Both the position numbers and the translations under genes were made by a program. Positions 39,979 to 51,592 of a stretch of DNA of 64,000 bases are shown here, piece after piece (the stretch's first letter is position 1; the number at the start of each line of letters is the position of its first letter). Origin of the DNA: an uncultured Gammaproteobacteria bacterium. GTDB taxonomy: Bacteria; Patescibacteriota; Patescibacteriia; Magasanikbacterales; GWA2-37-8. The notes below the pieces were generated by a model. It was not told the DNA's origin. It saw only the letters and a program-made list of their open reading frames with translations, and did not search any database. Where the stretch lies: positions 45,000 to 108,999 of the forward strand of contig CAZHYG010000002.1 in the NCBI GenBank assembly GCA_964536615.1, given 5' to 3'.

Positions 39979-41191
39979 ATAATTGATTGTTAGAGAAAAC
40001 TTTTTTCATACGAAATACAGTGAGCGCCAATACTGCTGATAACAACACCATTACATACGGCAAAACCGTGCTTTTGCCCACCATCCAAGCCGCCACTGGC
40101 AAAAAAGGAACTTCCATAATATGGCGTACAAAATTAGCTAAAGACAGCGTAGTGGCTCTGTTGTACGAACGAAACTGCTGGTTGAACAGATGCGAAAAAA
40201 ACGGATCGCGCAAAGCACTGCTCGCCATCATCAGAATATAGCTAGCAAATATTATATATTTATTTGGATAAAAAAACCATGCAACCAGAAACAAAGCAAC
40301 GGCACCGCCGGTAACCCCATTCAAAATATTAATTTTAGATTCGGCTGTATTTTTAAACAAAATTTTATCACCCAAACGATTGCCTGCAAAAACGACTAAA
40401 TGATGCATACTCCACAAAAAACCAAATATAATTACAGGTATGCGCAACGAATCAACAAATAAAACAGCTGCATACCGCCAACAAGCCGCAGCGGTAACCA
40501 CAACCATCATCTTATTAAAGATGGTCCATAATAAATTTTTATCATGAACCAATATGCGATACGCGTCTTTAATAATACCCGCCTCTTGCTGCTCCACATC
40601 CATATAATGATTTGGTTCAACCAAAGTAAAAGCATAAAATATAGCTATAATTGATGCTACCACATCCACTAAAATAATAAGCGAAAACTGCCAAGAAGCA
40701 AGATCTTTGGCAATTATGGCGCCTAAAAAGGCAGAAAAAATTTTAAACACCCTTTCCGAAGAAAAATAATAAGCTAGTTTTTTAAACGACTGATTATGAT
40801 CACCCAGCTCTTTATTTGTGTCAAATACAAAGGCTTCATCCGTACCGCTCATGAAAGATTCTGCCAAAGCAAAAAATATCGCTCCGACTGCAAACATGGC
40901 AAACGAGTCGGCTATCAAGTACACGGCCCAGTGCAACAGCGCAAAACATGTTGCCATAATTATCGTTCGCTTACGGCCAAATTTATCTGCCAAATAACTG
41001 GATGGCACCTCACTGGCAATAACCGTAACGGAATAGATAATGCCCAGATAAAAAATATCGGCAATACGCAAGCTGCGATATACAAAAAACAAAGAAATGA
41101 TCACGTTGATCATTTTTAAATTAAGAAGCGAGTTGATGAAAAATATTTTAAAAAAGTTTTTTTCTAATTTCTTTTTTCTATCGTCAGACAT
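39959..41191 (-). CDS. MFS transporter
   Basis: About 12 TM helices and an MFS-like loop motif between TM2 and TM3 ('DKFGRKRT'). Confidence 0.6.
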   Translation of the reverse strand: MSDDRKKKLEKNFFKIFFINSLLNLKMINVIISLFFVYRSLRIADIFYLGIIYSVTVIASEVPSSYLADKFGRKRTIIMATCFALLHWAVYLIADSFAMFAVGAIFFALAESFMSGTDEAFVFDTNKELGDHNQSFKKLAYYFSSERVFKIFSAFLGAIIAKDLASWQFSLIILVDVVASIIAIFYAFTLVEPNHYMDVEQQEAGIIKDAYRILVHDKNLLWTIFNKMMVVVTAAACWRYAAVLFVDSLRIPVIIFGFLWSMHHLVVFAGNRLGDKILFKNTAESKINILNGVTGGAVALFLVAWFFYPNKYIIFASYILMMASSALRDPFFSHLFNQQFRSYNRATTLSLANFVRHIMEVPFLPVAAWMVGKSTVLPYVMVLLSAVLALTVFRMKKVFSNNQLYATPAV

Positions 41192-41200
41192 ATATGTTTT

Positions 41201-42367
41201 TTACTCCTTTTCTAGCCCCGCCTCGCCATACCTGTTAGCCGCATTCCACAACACCCACCCATCAGCACCCGCATCATCGGATGCTTGAATTTGCGCACGA
41301 ATCTTTTTTCCATCATAGACTGCCCCCAAGTTAAAGGCTTGTATCCAGGCGCGCAATTTTGCCTTTTTGCCTTCAGCTTGTTTTACACCTGCTTTCATTG
41401 CGTTGTACACCACTTCATATGGATAATTGGCCGGATTTTTATACCCACGGTAACCGGTCGGATAATGTGAAGGATATACCATTGGCATAACATAATCAAA
41501 ATGATCAACCGCATCTGCCAAGCGCTGTCCAATGTGCAAGTCATCCGATCCTTTTTTCTCTGTAGTTAAGCCAAATAAATCAGCTGAAATATATACAGGC
41601 TCATCCTGCATCTGTTCTTCAACATACGAAAAAAAATCTCCAATTACTTCATACCGAGTCTGCGCGCCGTTGCTGTACACAATATCTGACAAACTGCCGT
41701 CAGTTGGAAAACGAATATAGTCAAAATTAATTTCATCAAACCCAAGATCTGCAGCCTCTTTGGCGACCGACACAACATGTTTCCACACTTCTGGGTTAGA
41801 TGGATCTACCCAAGCCAACTTGTTTCTATCTCTCCATAAACCGCCTTTTTTTGACTGTATTGCCCACTCTGGTTTTTTTACTGCCAATAACGGATCTTGA
41901 AAAACACTAACACGAGCAATTGTGTATATGTTATGTTCGCGCAACATCTTAAGCGTATCCCCTATGTTTTTAATTCTCTTATCACGCAATCCAAGCTTTT
42001 CAGCTAATGGCAATTTTGAATCATACAGGATATACCCGCTATAATCTTTAACATCAATTACAATCGCGTTGAGTTCTGTTTTTTCAATCAAATCAATAAT
42101 CTGCGTTAATTTTTTACTACTTCCCGCCGAATACGCGGTTAAGTACAGCCCTTTTACTTTAATTGGTTCGGCTTTAAAGCGCGAGATTTCCGGTACTGGC
42201 TCTGGAATAATTATCTGGCTAAATAAATCTGAGGCAGCCAAACCATCTATTTCCGCGCTAACCACTTCGTACTGGGCAAAACAAAACACTACCGAAAATA
42301 AACAGCACGAGGAAATTATAATCCAAGAAAAAACTGCGCTGATTTTTTTGGAAAAAAAATTAAACAT
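41201..42367 (-). CDS. Putative TIM-barrel glycoside hydrolase-like protein (DUF4015/GHL-type)
   Basis: Signal/TM N-terminus; 'KGLYLTAYSAGSSKKLTQIIDLIEKTELNAIVIDVKD' is typical of the putative-glycosidase GHL families. Confidence 0.45.
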   Translation of the reverse strand: MFNFFSKKISAVFSWIIISSCCLFSVVFCFAQYEVVSAEIDGLAASDLFSQIIIPEPVPEISRFKAEPIKVKGLYLTAYSAGSSKKLTQIIDLIEKTELNAIVIDVKDYSGYILYDSKLPLAEKLGLRDKRIKNIGDTLKMLREHNIYTIARVSVFQDPLLAVKKPEWAIQSKKGGLWRDRNKLAWVDPSNPEVWKHVVSVAKEAADLGFDEINFDYIRFPTDGSLSDIVYSNGAQTRYEVIGDFFSYVEEQMQDEPVYISADLFGLTTEKKGSDDLHIGQRLADAVDHFDYVMPMVYPSHYPTGYRGYKNPANYPYEVVYNAMKAGVKQAEGKKAKLRAWIQAFNLGAVYDGKKIRAQIQASDDAGADGWVLWNAANRYGEAGLEKE

Positions 42368-42965
42368 CGGTTATAGTTACGGCGCCTTGCCTAATAATAT
42401 TAATAGTATCATGACTTGCATCAACAATGGTAGTCGGCAAATTGCGAGCAATTTCTCCAACACTGAGCAGCATATCAGGTTGATGCGCAGCCCCGGCAAA
42501 CATTTGCATAACTTGATCGGCGCTATATAAGTCTCCCTTAGATGAAATATTGCCGGAGGTAGCTACCACCGGCTTACCAATACTATCAACCAAAAATTGC
42601 ACTGTCTGATCGGCGCTCACGCGAACTGCCACAGTGCCTGATTTTGAAACTACGCCGCGCGCCAAACCGCAATCCGGCTGCGCATTTCCCACAATTGTAA
42701 GAGGGCCGGGCCAAAACATCTGAGATAATTTTTCTATGGTATTGTTCCAGACAAGAATTTTTTTTGCCATTTCTACTGCAGAAACAACCACTAACAACGG
42801 TTTATTCTCATCTCTTTGCTTAATGGTAAAAATCGCATCAACCGCAGATTGATTACTGGCATCGCACCCCAAACCATATGATGTTTCAGTTGGGTATATA
42901 AGTGTTTTGCCATCTTTTAATCCAACAATAACTTCTGATAAATTACACATGCGTAATACTTCCAT
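42360..42965 (-). CDS. tsaC: L-threonylcarbamoyladenylate synthase TsaC/YrdC
   Basis: 'LIYPTETSYGLGCDA', 'KQRDENKPLLVVV' YrdC-domain motifs; 201 aa. Confidence 0.8.
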   Translation of the reverse strand: MEVLRMCNLSEVIVGLKDGKTLIYPTETSYGLGCDASNQSAVDAIFTIKQRDENKPLLVVVSAVEMAKKILVWNNTIEKLSQMFWPGPLTIVGNAQPDCGLARGVVSKSGTVAVRVSADQTVQFLVDSIGKPVVATSGNISSKGDLYSADQVMQMFAGAAHQPDMLLSVGEIARNLPTTIVDASHDTINIIRQGAVTITDV

Positions 42966-42968
42966 ATA

Positions 42969-44045
42969 TTATTTTTTAATCCATTTTAAATACGCTTCCG
43001 ATAACGGCCGCAGATCACCCTCTAAAACCGCTTCCGGGTCAGCAGATTCATAATCGGTACGATTGTCTTTAACCAGATGATATGGGTGCAGCACATAGGA
43101 ACGAATCTGATTTCCCCATTCGGCTGATTTGTATTCTCCGCGCATCTCTTGGCGCTCTTTGGCCAAACGCTCTTGCTCCAGCGCGTGCAATTTTGCTTTT
43201 AAAATTTTAAATGCCATTTCTTTATTTTGCTGTTGCGAGCGCTCATTTTGGCACGAAACCGAAATGCCGGTCGGAAGATGCACAATACGCACTGCTGAAT
43301 AGGTAGTGTTTACACTTTGACCGCCTTTACCGCCAGACATAAACGTGTCTATGCGAAGATCTTTCTGATCTATTTCAACCGCAACTTTATCATCTAGTTC
43401 CGGCAAAACTTCAATGAGGGCAAATGATGTGTGGCGCATTTTTTCCGCATCAAACGGAGATATGCGCACCAGGCGATGTACGCCATGCTCGGATTTTAAA
43501 TAACCATACGCATAACGCCCCGAGACTTCAACTGTTACCGATTTATACCCTGCCTCTGCCCCCAAAGACTGATCTAGAATTTTTGTCCGCCACCCCATTT
43601 TATCAGCAAAGCGCATAATCATACGCAACAGCATCTCCGCCCAGTCTTGGGCTTCGGTTCCCCCCGCACCAGCATGGACACTAATGATTGCATTATTCTT
43701 ATCATACGGCCCGGAAAGCAAAACCAAAAATTCATAATCGGAAAAATCTTTTTCCAACACCGCAGTTTGCTCCTCTATTTCTTGCACCAACGACATATCA
43801 TTGGACTGGGCTAATTCCAATAAGTCGGCAATTCTTTTTTCTAAGCCAACAAACGCATCTATTTCTTTTTTTATATCTTGATAATCTTGCGAAATTGATT
43901 GGGCAAGCTCTTGATTTGACCAAAAACTAGGCGCATTCATTTCTTGCGCCAACTGATCAAGCTTTTGCAGCAACCCTTCTATATTAAGAAGTTTTTTAGT
44001 ATCTAAAAGTTTATGCTGTAAATTTTTCAGAGCATCTAAAGACAT
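42969..44045 (-). CDS. prfB: Peptide chain release factor 2
   Basis: SPF tripeptide ('RISPFD') before the GGQ motif ('SGGKGGQSVN'); continuous ORF without a programmed frameshift. Confidence 0.85.
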   Translation of the reverse strand: MSLDALKNLQHKLLDTKKLLNIEGLLQKLDQLAQEMNAPSFWSNQELAQSISQDYQDIKKEIDAFVGLEKRIADLLELAQSNDMSLVQEIEEQTAVLEKDFSDYEFLVLLSGPYDKNNAIISVHAGAGGTEAQDWAEMLLRMIMRFADKMGWRTKILDQSLGAEAGYKSVTVEVSGRYAYGYLKSEHGVHRLVRISPFDAEKMRHTSFALIEVLPELDDKVAVEIDQKDLRIDTFMSGGKGGQSVNTTYSAVRIVHLPTGISVSCQNERSQQQNKEMAFKILKAKLHALEQERLAKERQEMRGEYKSAEWGNQIRSYVLHPYHLVKDNRTDYESADPEAVLEGDLRPLSEAYLKWIKK

Positions 44046-44060
44046 ATCTGAATTTTAAAT

Positions 44061-44552
44061 TCAAAAAATTTTACCAGCACCAACTGTAAGCAATAGCACT
44101 GCTGCGCCTGAAATAATTACTCCAGCCAAAATAGAAAACCATGACTTTGCAAATGGCAATGCAAAAATGAATGCGGCTAAAGCACCGGTCCAAGCACCGG
44201 TCATAGGCAACGGAATGCCTACAAAAATAGCAAGACCTATAAGACCGTATTTTTGATAATCACCGGCAAATTTACTTTGGGCCCTGTCTAAATATTTAAT
44301 CCATGTGGATGCAAACCGTCCAGATTTTTTATGAATCCACTGATGAAAATGCTTGGCAAAAGCCAAAATAATTGTTACAGGAACCATGTTGCCCATCACA
44401 CCCCAAAAAAATGCTTCCCAAATAGGAAGTTTATATACAAAAACAGCAATCGGAACTGCCAACCGAATTTCTCCAACCGGAGTCATGCCGATTAAAAAAG
44501 TAGCGAGCTCGCGAGGAAAACTGGAAAAAATATCAAGTATAACTTGCATCAT
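44061..44552 (-). CDS. Small 4-TM membrane protein (COG2426 / putative small multidrug-export-like family)
   Basis: 163 aa, four hydrophobic helices, 'PVGEIRLAVPIA' N-terminal motif. Confidence 0.4.
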   Translation of the reverse strand: MMQVILDIFSSFPRELATFLIGMTPVGEIRLAVPIAVFVYKLPIWEAFFWGVMGNMVPVTIILAFAKHFHQWIHKKSGRFASTWIKYLDRAQSKFAGDYQKYGLIGLAIFVGIPLPMTGAWTGALAAFIFALPFAKSWFSILAGVIISGAAVLLLTVGAGKIF

Positions 44553-44593
44553 AGCAAATTCATTTTACTCCGTATTCAATTTTTTTACAAATA

Positions 44594-44626
44594 AAAAGCG
44601 CCCGGGTAAACCGAAGCGCTTTTTAC
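44594..44626 (-). terminator. Rho-independent terminator downstream of groEL
   Basis: AAAAGCGC-ccgggtaaaccgaa-GCGCTTTTT; on the minus strand the hairpin is followed by a T-run directly after the groEL stop. Confidence 0.55.
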
Positions 44627-44645
44627 TTTAAATTGATATCGCTTT

Positions 44646-46301
<1,656 letters not shown>

Positions 46302-46328
46302 TCAAGAAATTATATACATTAAATTTTC

Positions 46329-46613
46329 TTATTCCAACACAGCCAAAATATCTTCTTGGAAAACAACTTTATATTCTTCTTTTCCAATTTCCACTTTTTC
46401 TCCACCCCAATTTTTTAATAACACTTTGTCGCCAACTTTTACTTCCATAGCGCCGCGTTCACCATTCTTTAACAGCTTACCTGGGCCTATGGCAACAACT
46501 TCAGCTTCGGCTTTTTTTTCATCCTTATCTGGCAAAACCAAACCAAATGAAGTAACTTCATCAGCCTTCACTTGTTTTACCAAAACATTATCTCCTAATG
46601 GTCTTATCTTCAT
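46329..46613 (-). CDS. groS: Co-chaperonin GroES
   Basis: 94 aa, 'IRPLGDNVLVK' mobile-loop region; directly upstream of groEL. Confidence 0.9.
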   Translation of the reverse strand: MKIRPLGDNVLVKQVKADEVTSFGLVLPDKDEKKAEAEVVAIGPGKLLKNGERGAMEVKVGDKVLLKNWGGEKVEIGKEEYKVVFQEDILAVLE

Positions 46614-46689
46614 ATAAACATTGAAGTAAGAGATTATGCTAAATGGTGTTAGCGTAATCTAAATTGAGTAATAAAATATATTAATATGC

Positions 46690-46716
46690 TTATCACTCAA
46701 AATATGAGAGTGATAA
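46690..46716. promoter_or_regulatory. CIRCE-like inverted repeat TTATCACTC-N9-GAGTGATAA upstream of groES
   Basis: Matches CIRCE consensus TTAGCACTC-N9-GAGTGCTAA except G to T at arm position 4 (symmetric C to A in the other arm); lies 77-103 nt upstream of the groES start. Confidence 0.5.
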
Positions 46717-46781
46717 GACTGGTATCAGTTTACTACAACAAAAAAATCTGTCAACCCTTAATTACAGGCATGTATAGATAT

Positions 46782-48095
46782 CTATCTAGAATATGGTTTT
46801 TTAGCTATATCTTGGGCAATATTTGAAATTCCTAAACCAACCCACCACAAAAGTATGCCACTAAACATGCTTACCAGCCAATGATCAAAAAGCCCGGCAC
46901 ACAACAATGAAATAAGCACAGGCAGGTACATTATATTAAACCGATACACATCTCGCACAACCAATAATAGCCACAACATAAACAGAAGAGCTGCTACCAA
47001 GCCAAGCTCTGTCGCCATCAGCATATATATATTATGCACGGGCTGATATTGCCACGATTCTAACTTGTTATATTTTTGATACACGGCATACGTATATGCA
47101 CCAGGACCAACTCCCAGCCATGGATGAGCAGCCACAAACAGCTCGGCATCACGATACTGCCCCGCTCTTTCAGCTACCGATCGTGCCTCAAGCCGGTTAT
47201 AAATATTAAAACGAGCGCTAAATACCGGATAAAAAATTAACACCCAAAATAGTATCACGCCTAAAGAAAAAAATATTTGTTTAACAAAATCTCGCACCGA
47301 CTCTTTTTGCTTAAAAAATAATATTGCGGCCAAAGATATAAGACCGGCCACAGCCGCAACCCAAGCTCCTCGAGAAAAAGAAAGCAGCAATCCTGATAAA
47401 ACAAACAGCTGGCCTACGCTTATAATAATTTTATGCCATGGTATTGTGGTCTTAACATATAACACAAGAGTTAATATAAATACCACCGCCAAATAAATAC
47501 CGAGCGAATTGGGCGAACCAAAACTGCCATACGCACGCAGCCAGCGCTGATCGGCAAACTCTATCACGCTAGCCCCGCCATTTAATGCTTGCTGCGATGC
47601 TATGCCTAGCCAACTATGCGCGGAAATCTGCTGTGATAAAAACTGATATATAGCCATTGCCCCCTGCACCACACCGCCAGCCAGCATCACTCCAGAAGCA
47701 GATGAAAAAGCGATGTTAGAAACACGAATGATTCCATACAGCATCAGGCCTTCCCATAATCGCAGCAAGAAATAATACGAAACAAACTGATTGCTACTCA
47801 AAACTGCAGATAGGACTACCAATCCAAAAAAAATAAACAATGCGATTTTTAATCGTGCATTCAGAGCCGGTAACCGCTGTTTTTTAATCCAAAAATAATC
47901 AATCGCAAAAACTATAGCCGCGAACCACAATAACAACTCGGTCACATACACGCTATATGTTCCATACTCCCAATTTCTATTATTAAGGGCGCCGAGATGC
48001 CAAATATACCTGGTTTGCCAGGGTAATAAAAACAATAACGCAGGCAGTGAAATAGATTTTATTTTTTCTATTATATTCATAAACGATTGAGCCAC
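46782..48095 (-). CDS. O-antigen ligase (Wzy_C)-like polytopic membrane protein
   Basis: About 11 TM helices; 'LLSFSRGAWVAAVAGL' Wzy_C-like motif. Confidence 0.5.
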   Translation of the reverse strand: MAQSFMNIIEKIKSISLPALLFLLPWQTRYIWHLGALNNRNWEYGTYSVYVTELLLWFAAIVFAIDYFWIKKQRLPALNARLKIALFIFFGLVVLSAVLSSNQFVSYYFLLRLWEGLMLYGIIRVSNIAFSSASGVMLAGGVVQGAMAIYQFLSQQISAHSWLGIASQQALNGGASVIEFADQRWLRAYGSFGSPNSLGIYLAVVFILTLVLYVKTTIPWHKIIISVGQLFVLSGLLLSFSRGAWVAAVAGLISLAAILFFKQKESVRDFVKQIFFSLGVILFWVLIFYPVFSARFNIYNRLEARSVAERAGQYRDAELFVAAHPWLGVGPGAYTYAVYQKYNKLESWQYQPVHNIYMLMATELGLVAALLFMLWLLLVVRDVYRFNIMYLPVLISLLCAGLFDHWLVSMFSGILLWWVGLGISNIAQDIAKKPYSR

Positions 48096-49015
48096 TCTTG
48101 CCGATAGCGCAGACGAGTATCTTCTTCGTGGAATTTTAACATATCGTCGGAAATAACTACACCGGCACCGGTCTTAGGCTCGCTGCGGCGCGCTGAAAAC
48201 TTCATTTTGGAAAGCTGGATTTTTTTTGCTTCTTGATTTATCAAATCACCATATCCGCCAGCCCACATTGTTTGCCAGGCTCGCTTCCACCACGAACCCA
48301 GCACAGACTCCGGCACGGAGTGCGCATAGGCGCGCAAGCTAGCTGCGGATATATGTGGCAAATATTTTTTTGTCCAACTATTTGCTTGTAAAAATAACTC
48401 GTACACATTATCGGGATCAAAAATCGGCAGCATTTGATGAATCCAAAACGCAAAATGGATATCATCATCCGCCACGCGCACTTCCGCCAAATCCAAACTT
48501 TTTTCCGACAAATAAAAGCTAAGGCAAATTTTATTTTTAATATTTTTTTTCGTCCGCCGCAAACCAAATATTTGCAGTATTCCCGTAACCAGCAAACGAG
48601 CAATCCAGATGCGCCGGTGTGCGGTAATAATCAAAAAATCTACATCGCTTTGCTCGCTCGCCTGCCCTGCCCCGACCGTATTACAAACAAAAACTGCTTT
48701 TACAAACGGCACCGCGCGAATCAATCGCGCCGCCCGCCTGGCAATCTTTAATTTTTTTTCAGAAAACCAAACCATTTCTCTGCGCTGATCTACCAATGCT
48801 TCCCTGCCAGGCAAAAAATAAAAACCGCGATCTTGCGCCACCAGTCCGGCTGGCACTGCTTCACCTTCCAAAAATAAAACAAAATCCTGATATTTTACTT
48901 GGAGCGGATTCCATAAATACGCGTACAGCTCTTCTTTGGTAAGCGGAACGCGCGCAATATCAAAATACACCAGTGTCTGTTTAAGAGATTCTGGCAATGA
49001 CAAAGCGGAGTTCAT
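48077..49015 (-). CDS. Hypothetical protein, possible nucleotidyltransferase fold
   Basis: 'NTVGAGQASEQSDVDFLII' resembles the G[SG]-x(n)-DxD minimal NTase motif; otherwise unrecognised. Confidence 0.3.
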   Translation of the reverse strand: MNSALSLPESLKQTLVYFDIARVPLTKEELYAYLWNPLQVKYQDFVLFLEGEAVPAGLVAQDRGFYFLPGREALVDQRREMVWFSEKKLKIARRAARLIRAVPFVKAVFVCNTVGAGQASEQSDVDFLIITAHRRIWIARLLVTGILQIFGLRRTKKNIKNKICLSFYLSEKSLDLAEVRVADDDIHFAFWIHQMLPIFDPDNVYELFLQANSWTKKYLPHISAASLRAYAHSVPESVLGSWWKRAWQTMWAGGYGDLINQEAKKIQLSKMKFSARRSEPKTGAGVVISDDMLKFHEEDTRLRYRQEWLNRL

Positions 49016-49020
49016 ACGAA

Positions 49021-49293
49021 TTATTCTTCTAAGGCCGGACGACCAAATATAGAAATGCGTTCGGCGGAGACTGAGTCGTCTACAACCATTTTTTCTTCGG
49101 TAATAGATACAACTTGTGAATATTGCACTAGAAAAGATGCCAGACTTATGGCGCTTGCTTTAACAATATATCGTGCCACCAGGTGTTTTTCCGCATCAAT
49201 TTCAGCGTCGGCAACTTTTCCCAGCTTAACGCCTGCGGCGGTATAAACCGGCAAACCAATCAGTTTACGAAGGTTTATGACCATAAAATGCAA
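49021..49293 (-). CDS. PRC-barrel domain protein
   Basis: 90 aa; 'LIGLPVYTAAGVKLGKVADAEID' pattern as in PRC-barrel/YlmC-like proteins. Confidence 0.45.
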   Translation of the reverse strand: MHFMVINLRKLIGLPVYTAAGVKLGKVADAEIDAEKHLVARYIVKASAISLASFLVQYSQVVSITEEKMVVDDSVSAERISIFGRPALEE

Positions 49294-49297
49294 ATTA

Positions 49298-50053
49298 TTA
49301 TTTTACAATTTGACCTTCTATAACATTATTATTTTCACTTACAGTTCCGCGAGTCAGCCAGATTTGCTGCAGCACCATAAGCACCGTACCGAAGAACCAG
49401 TACAATGTAAGACCAGCAGGTAAATTCAAGCCAATTAGCACAGTCATTACCGGCATAAAATACAGCATTTGTTTGTTCATCATGGAAAGCATTGCTTCAT
49501 CTTTTGAACCTTCACCTGCCTGTGGAGGAGGATTTTTTCGGCTCATGGTTTTTGCTTGCCAGAACTGCGCCAAACCTGCTAGTACTGCGAGAATATAATT
49601 TGGTTGGGCCAAATTGAACAGTCCAAGCGATACCTGGTTGATTGATTCTGGATTAGCCACAAATGAATACAAAGAATCGGCTAAATTTTTTGAATGTAGA
49701 CCGTCTTGCAAAACTCTATACAGCGCAATCAAAATTGGCAGCTGAATAAGCATTGGCAAACAAGAAGCTAACGGGTTTACTTTGTTATTTTTATACATTT
49801 CCATAATAGCCTGTGTCTGTTTTTGCTTATCATCCGGGTACTGTAATTTGATTGCAGCCATCTTTGGCTGCAAATCTTGCAAGGCACGTTGAGATTTTAT
49901 GGAAGAGCTAGTAAGCGGATACAAAGCCGCGCGCACAATAATGGTTATAGCCAAAATTACCAAACCGACATCATGGCCTGGCAAATAATTGTACAAAAAT
50001 ACAAAGATGTTAAAGATTGGCTGGTACAGCAAAACATGAAAAATAGAGAACAT
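49298..50053 (-). CDS. yidC: Membrane protein insertase YidC (short form)
   Basis: 'NKVNPLASCLPMLIQLPILIALYRVL' YidC/Oxa1 conserved helix; 251 aa with 5 TM helices. Confidence 0.8.
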   Translation of the reverse strand: MFSIFHVLLYQPIFNIFVFLYNYLPGHDVGLVILAITIIVRAALYPLTSSSIKSQRALQDLQPKMAAIKLQYPDDKQKQTQAIMEMYKNNKVNPLASCLPMLIQLPILIALYRVLQDGLHSKNLADSLYSFVANPESINQVSLGLFNLAQPNYILAVLAGLAQFWQAKTMSRKNPPPQAGEGSKDEAMLSMMNKQMLYFMPVMTVLIGLNLPAGLTLYWFFGTVLMVLQQIWLTRGTVSENNNVIEGQIVK

Positions 50054-50086
50054 ACAAAATTTTATTTATATAAATACCTCTGACGA

Positions 50087-51319
50087 TTATTTTTCTTCGT
50101 TTTCTTCTGTTTCTTCTACGGCTTCGACAGCTTCTTCGGATGATTCTACTGTTTCTGCTTCAGACTCTGCGGCTGCTGGAGCGCCACCTTCTTGCACTAC
50201 ATCAATACGCCAACCAGTGAGATCTGCAGCCAAACGAACATTTTGCCCATTACGGCCAATAGCTAACGAGAATTGATCTGCAACCACATGCACTTCGGCG
50301 ATTTTTTCGGCTTCATTGAGAGTTACGTTGGCAATTTTTGCTGGAGCAAGCGCGTGTGAAATATATTCGCGTGCATCTTCACTATATTGAATAACATCAA
50401 TCTTTTCACCGCCCAATTCTTCAATAATGGTGTTGATGCGGCCGCCGCGCTGACCAATACAAGAACCGATTGGGTCTATAGATTTATCACTGGTAGAAAC
50501 CGCCACTTTGGAACGAAAACCTGCGTCGCGAGCAATGCCTTTGATTTCAATGAGTCCGTCATTGATTTCTGGAATTTCTTGTTTAAATATTTCACGAACC
50601 ATACCAACATCACTGCGAGATAAGAGCACCTCTAAACCACGCACTGTCATCTGTACGGACAGAACTAAAAATTTCATGCGAGCGCCTGGGCGATAATGAT
50701 CGCGAGGATTTTGCTGATCCGACAGCAATACACCAGTTACCTTTCCAAAATCAACCAACACTTTGCGGGCTTCAGCTCGCTGAATAGTACCCATAACAAT
50801 TTGCCCTTCCTGTCCTTTGAAGTCATTAAACATGATACCACGCTCAGCTTCACGAATTTTTTGGATAATCACTTGCTTGGCGGTCTGCGCTGCCATACGA
50901 CCAAACTCATGAGGAATTTCCAACGGAATCTCCATCACTTCTCCTAGTTTTGCTTTTTTATCTATTTCTTTGGCAGCCGAAATCATGAGCTCCATTTTTG
51001 GATTGAAACGAACCAGGTCGGCGGTTTCTTCTTCAGAAAGTTCACGCTTTTCTTCTTTAGCTTTTTCACGGCGAGCAGCCAATTCTTCTTGCGCAGCCAG
51101 CAGCACATCTTCGGCAATATCTTCTACTACGGTTTTTACATCCCAAGCTTTCATATCGCCGGTTTCGGGATTAAATTGTACTTTGATATTTTGCTGTTTA
51201 TTGCCAAAATCTTTGCGGTACGCGGCGGCAAGCGCAAACTCAATCGCTTCCATTACGGATTCGTAAGAAAGGCCTTTTTCATCGCACAATACCTGAATTG
51301 CTTTTGTAATATCTGACAT
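50087..51319 (-). CDS. nusA: Transcription termination/antitermination factor NusA
   Basis: N-terminal domain, S1 ('GQIVMGTIQR') and two KH domains, acidic C-terminal tail. Confidence 0.9.
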   Translation of the reverse strand: MSDITKAIQVLCDEKGLSYESVMEAIEFALAAAYRKDFGNKQQNIKVQFNPETGDMKAWDVKTVVEDIAEDVLLAAQEELAARREKAKEEKRELSEEETADLVRFNPKMELMISAAKEIDKKAKLGEVMEIPLEIPHEFGRMAAQTAKQVIIQKIREAERGIMFNDFKGQEGQIVMGTIQRAEARKVLVDFGKVTGVLLSDQQNPRDHYRPGARMKFLVLSVQMTVRGLEVLLSRSDVGMVREIFKQEIPEINDGLIEIKGIARDAGFRSKVAVSTSDKSIDPIGSCIGQRGGRINTIIEELGGEKIDVIQYSEDAREYISHALAPAKIANVTLNEAEKIAEVHVVADQFSLAIGRNGQNVRLAADLTGWRIDVVQEGGAPAAAESEAETVESSEEAVEAVEETEENEEK

Positions 51320-51592
51320 ATGTTATATATGATTAATGTGTTAAAAGTATACCATAAAAATGGCTAACAAAAAAGAGCGTTTCTATATGAAAGCTCTTTA
51401 ATATTAAAAGGATACTATATTTCAAAATAAAAGTCAAGCAATACTTAAATAAAATACCATGCATTGTTCTGTATGGTATTTAAAAATTTTTTACGAGATC
51501 TCCGTATCAAACCATACAAATGAATTATACAGCTTAATACAACACGGAGACCTCGTCATCTTTCTTACACCTACCCCTACTGCTAGTTCGGA

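Noticed and set aside
42969-44045. Expected programmed +1 frameshift in prfB
   Set aside because: The ORF is continuous from a plausible start through the SPF and GGQ motifs, so this RF2 does not use the frameshift autoregulation. That is common in many bacteria and not remarkable.
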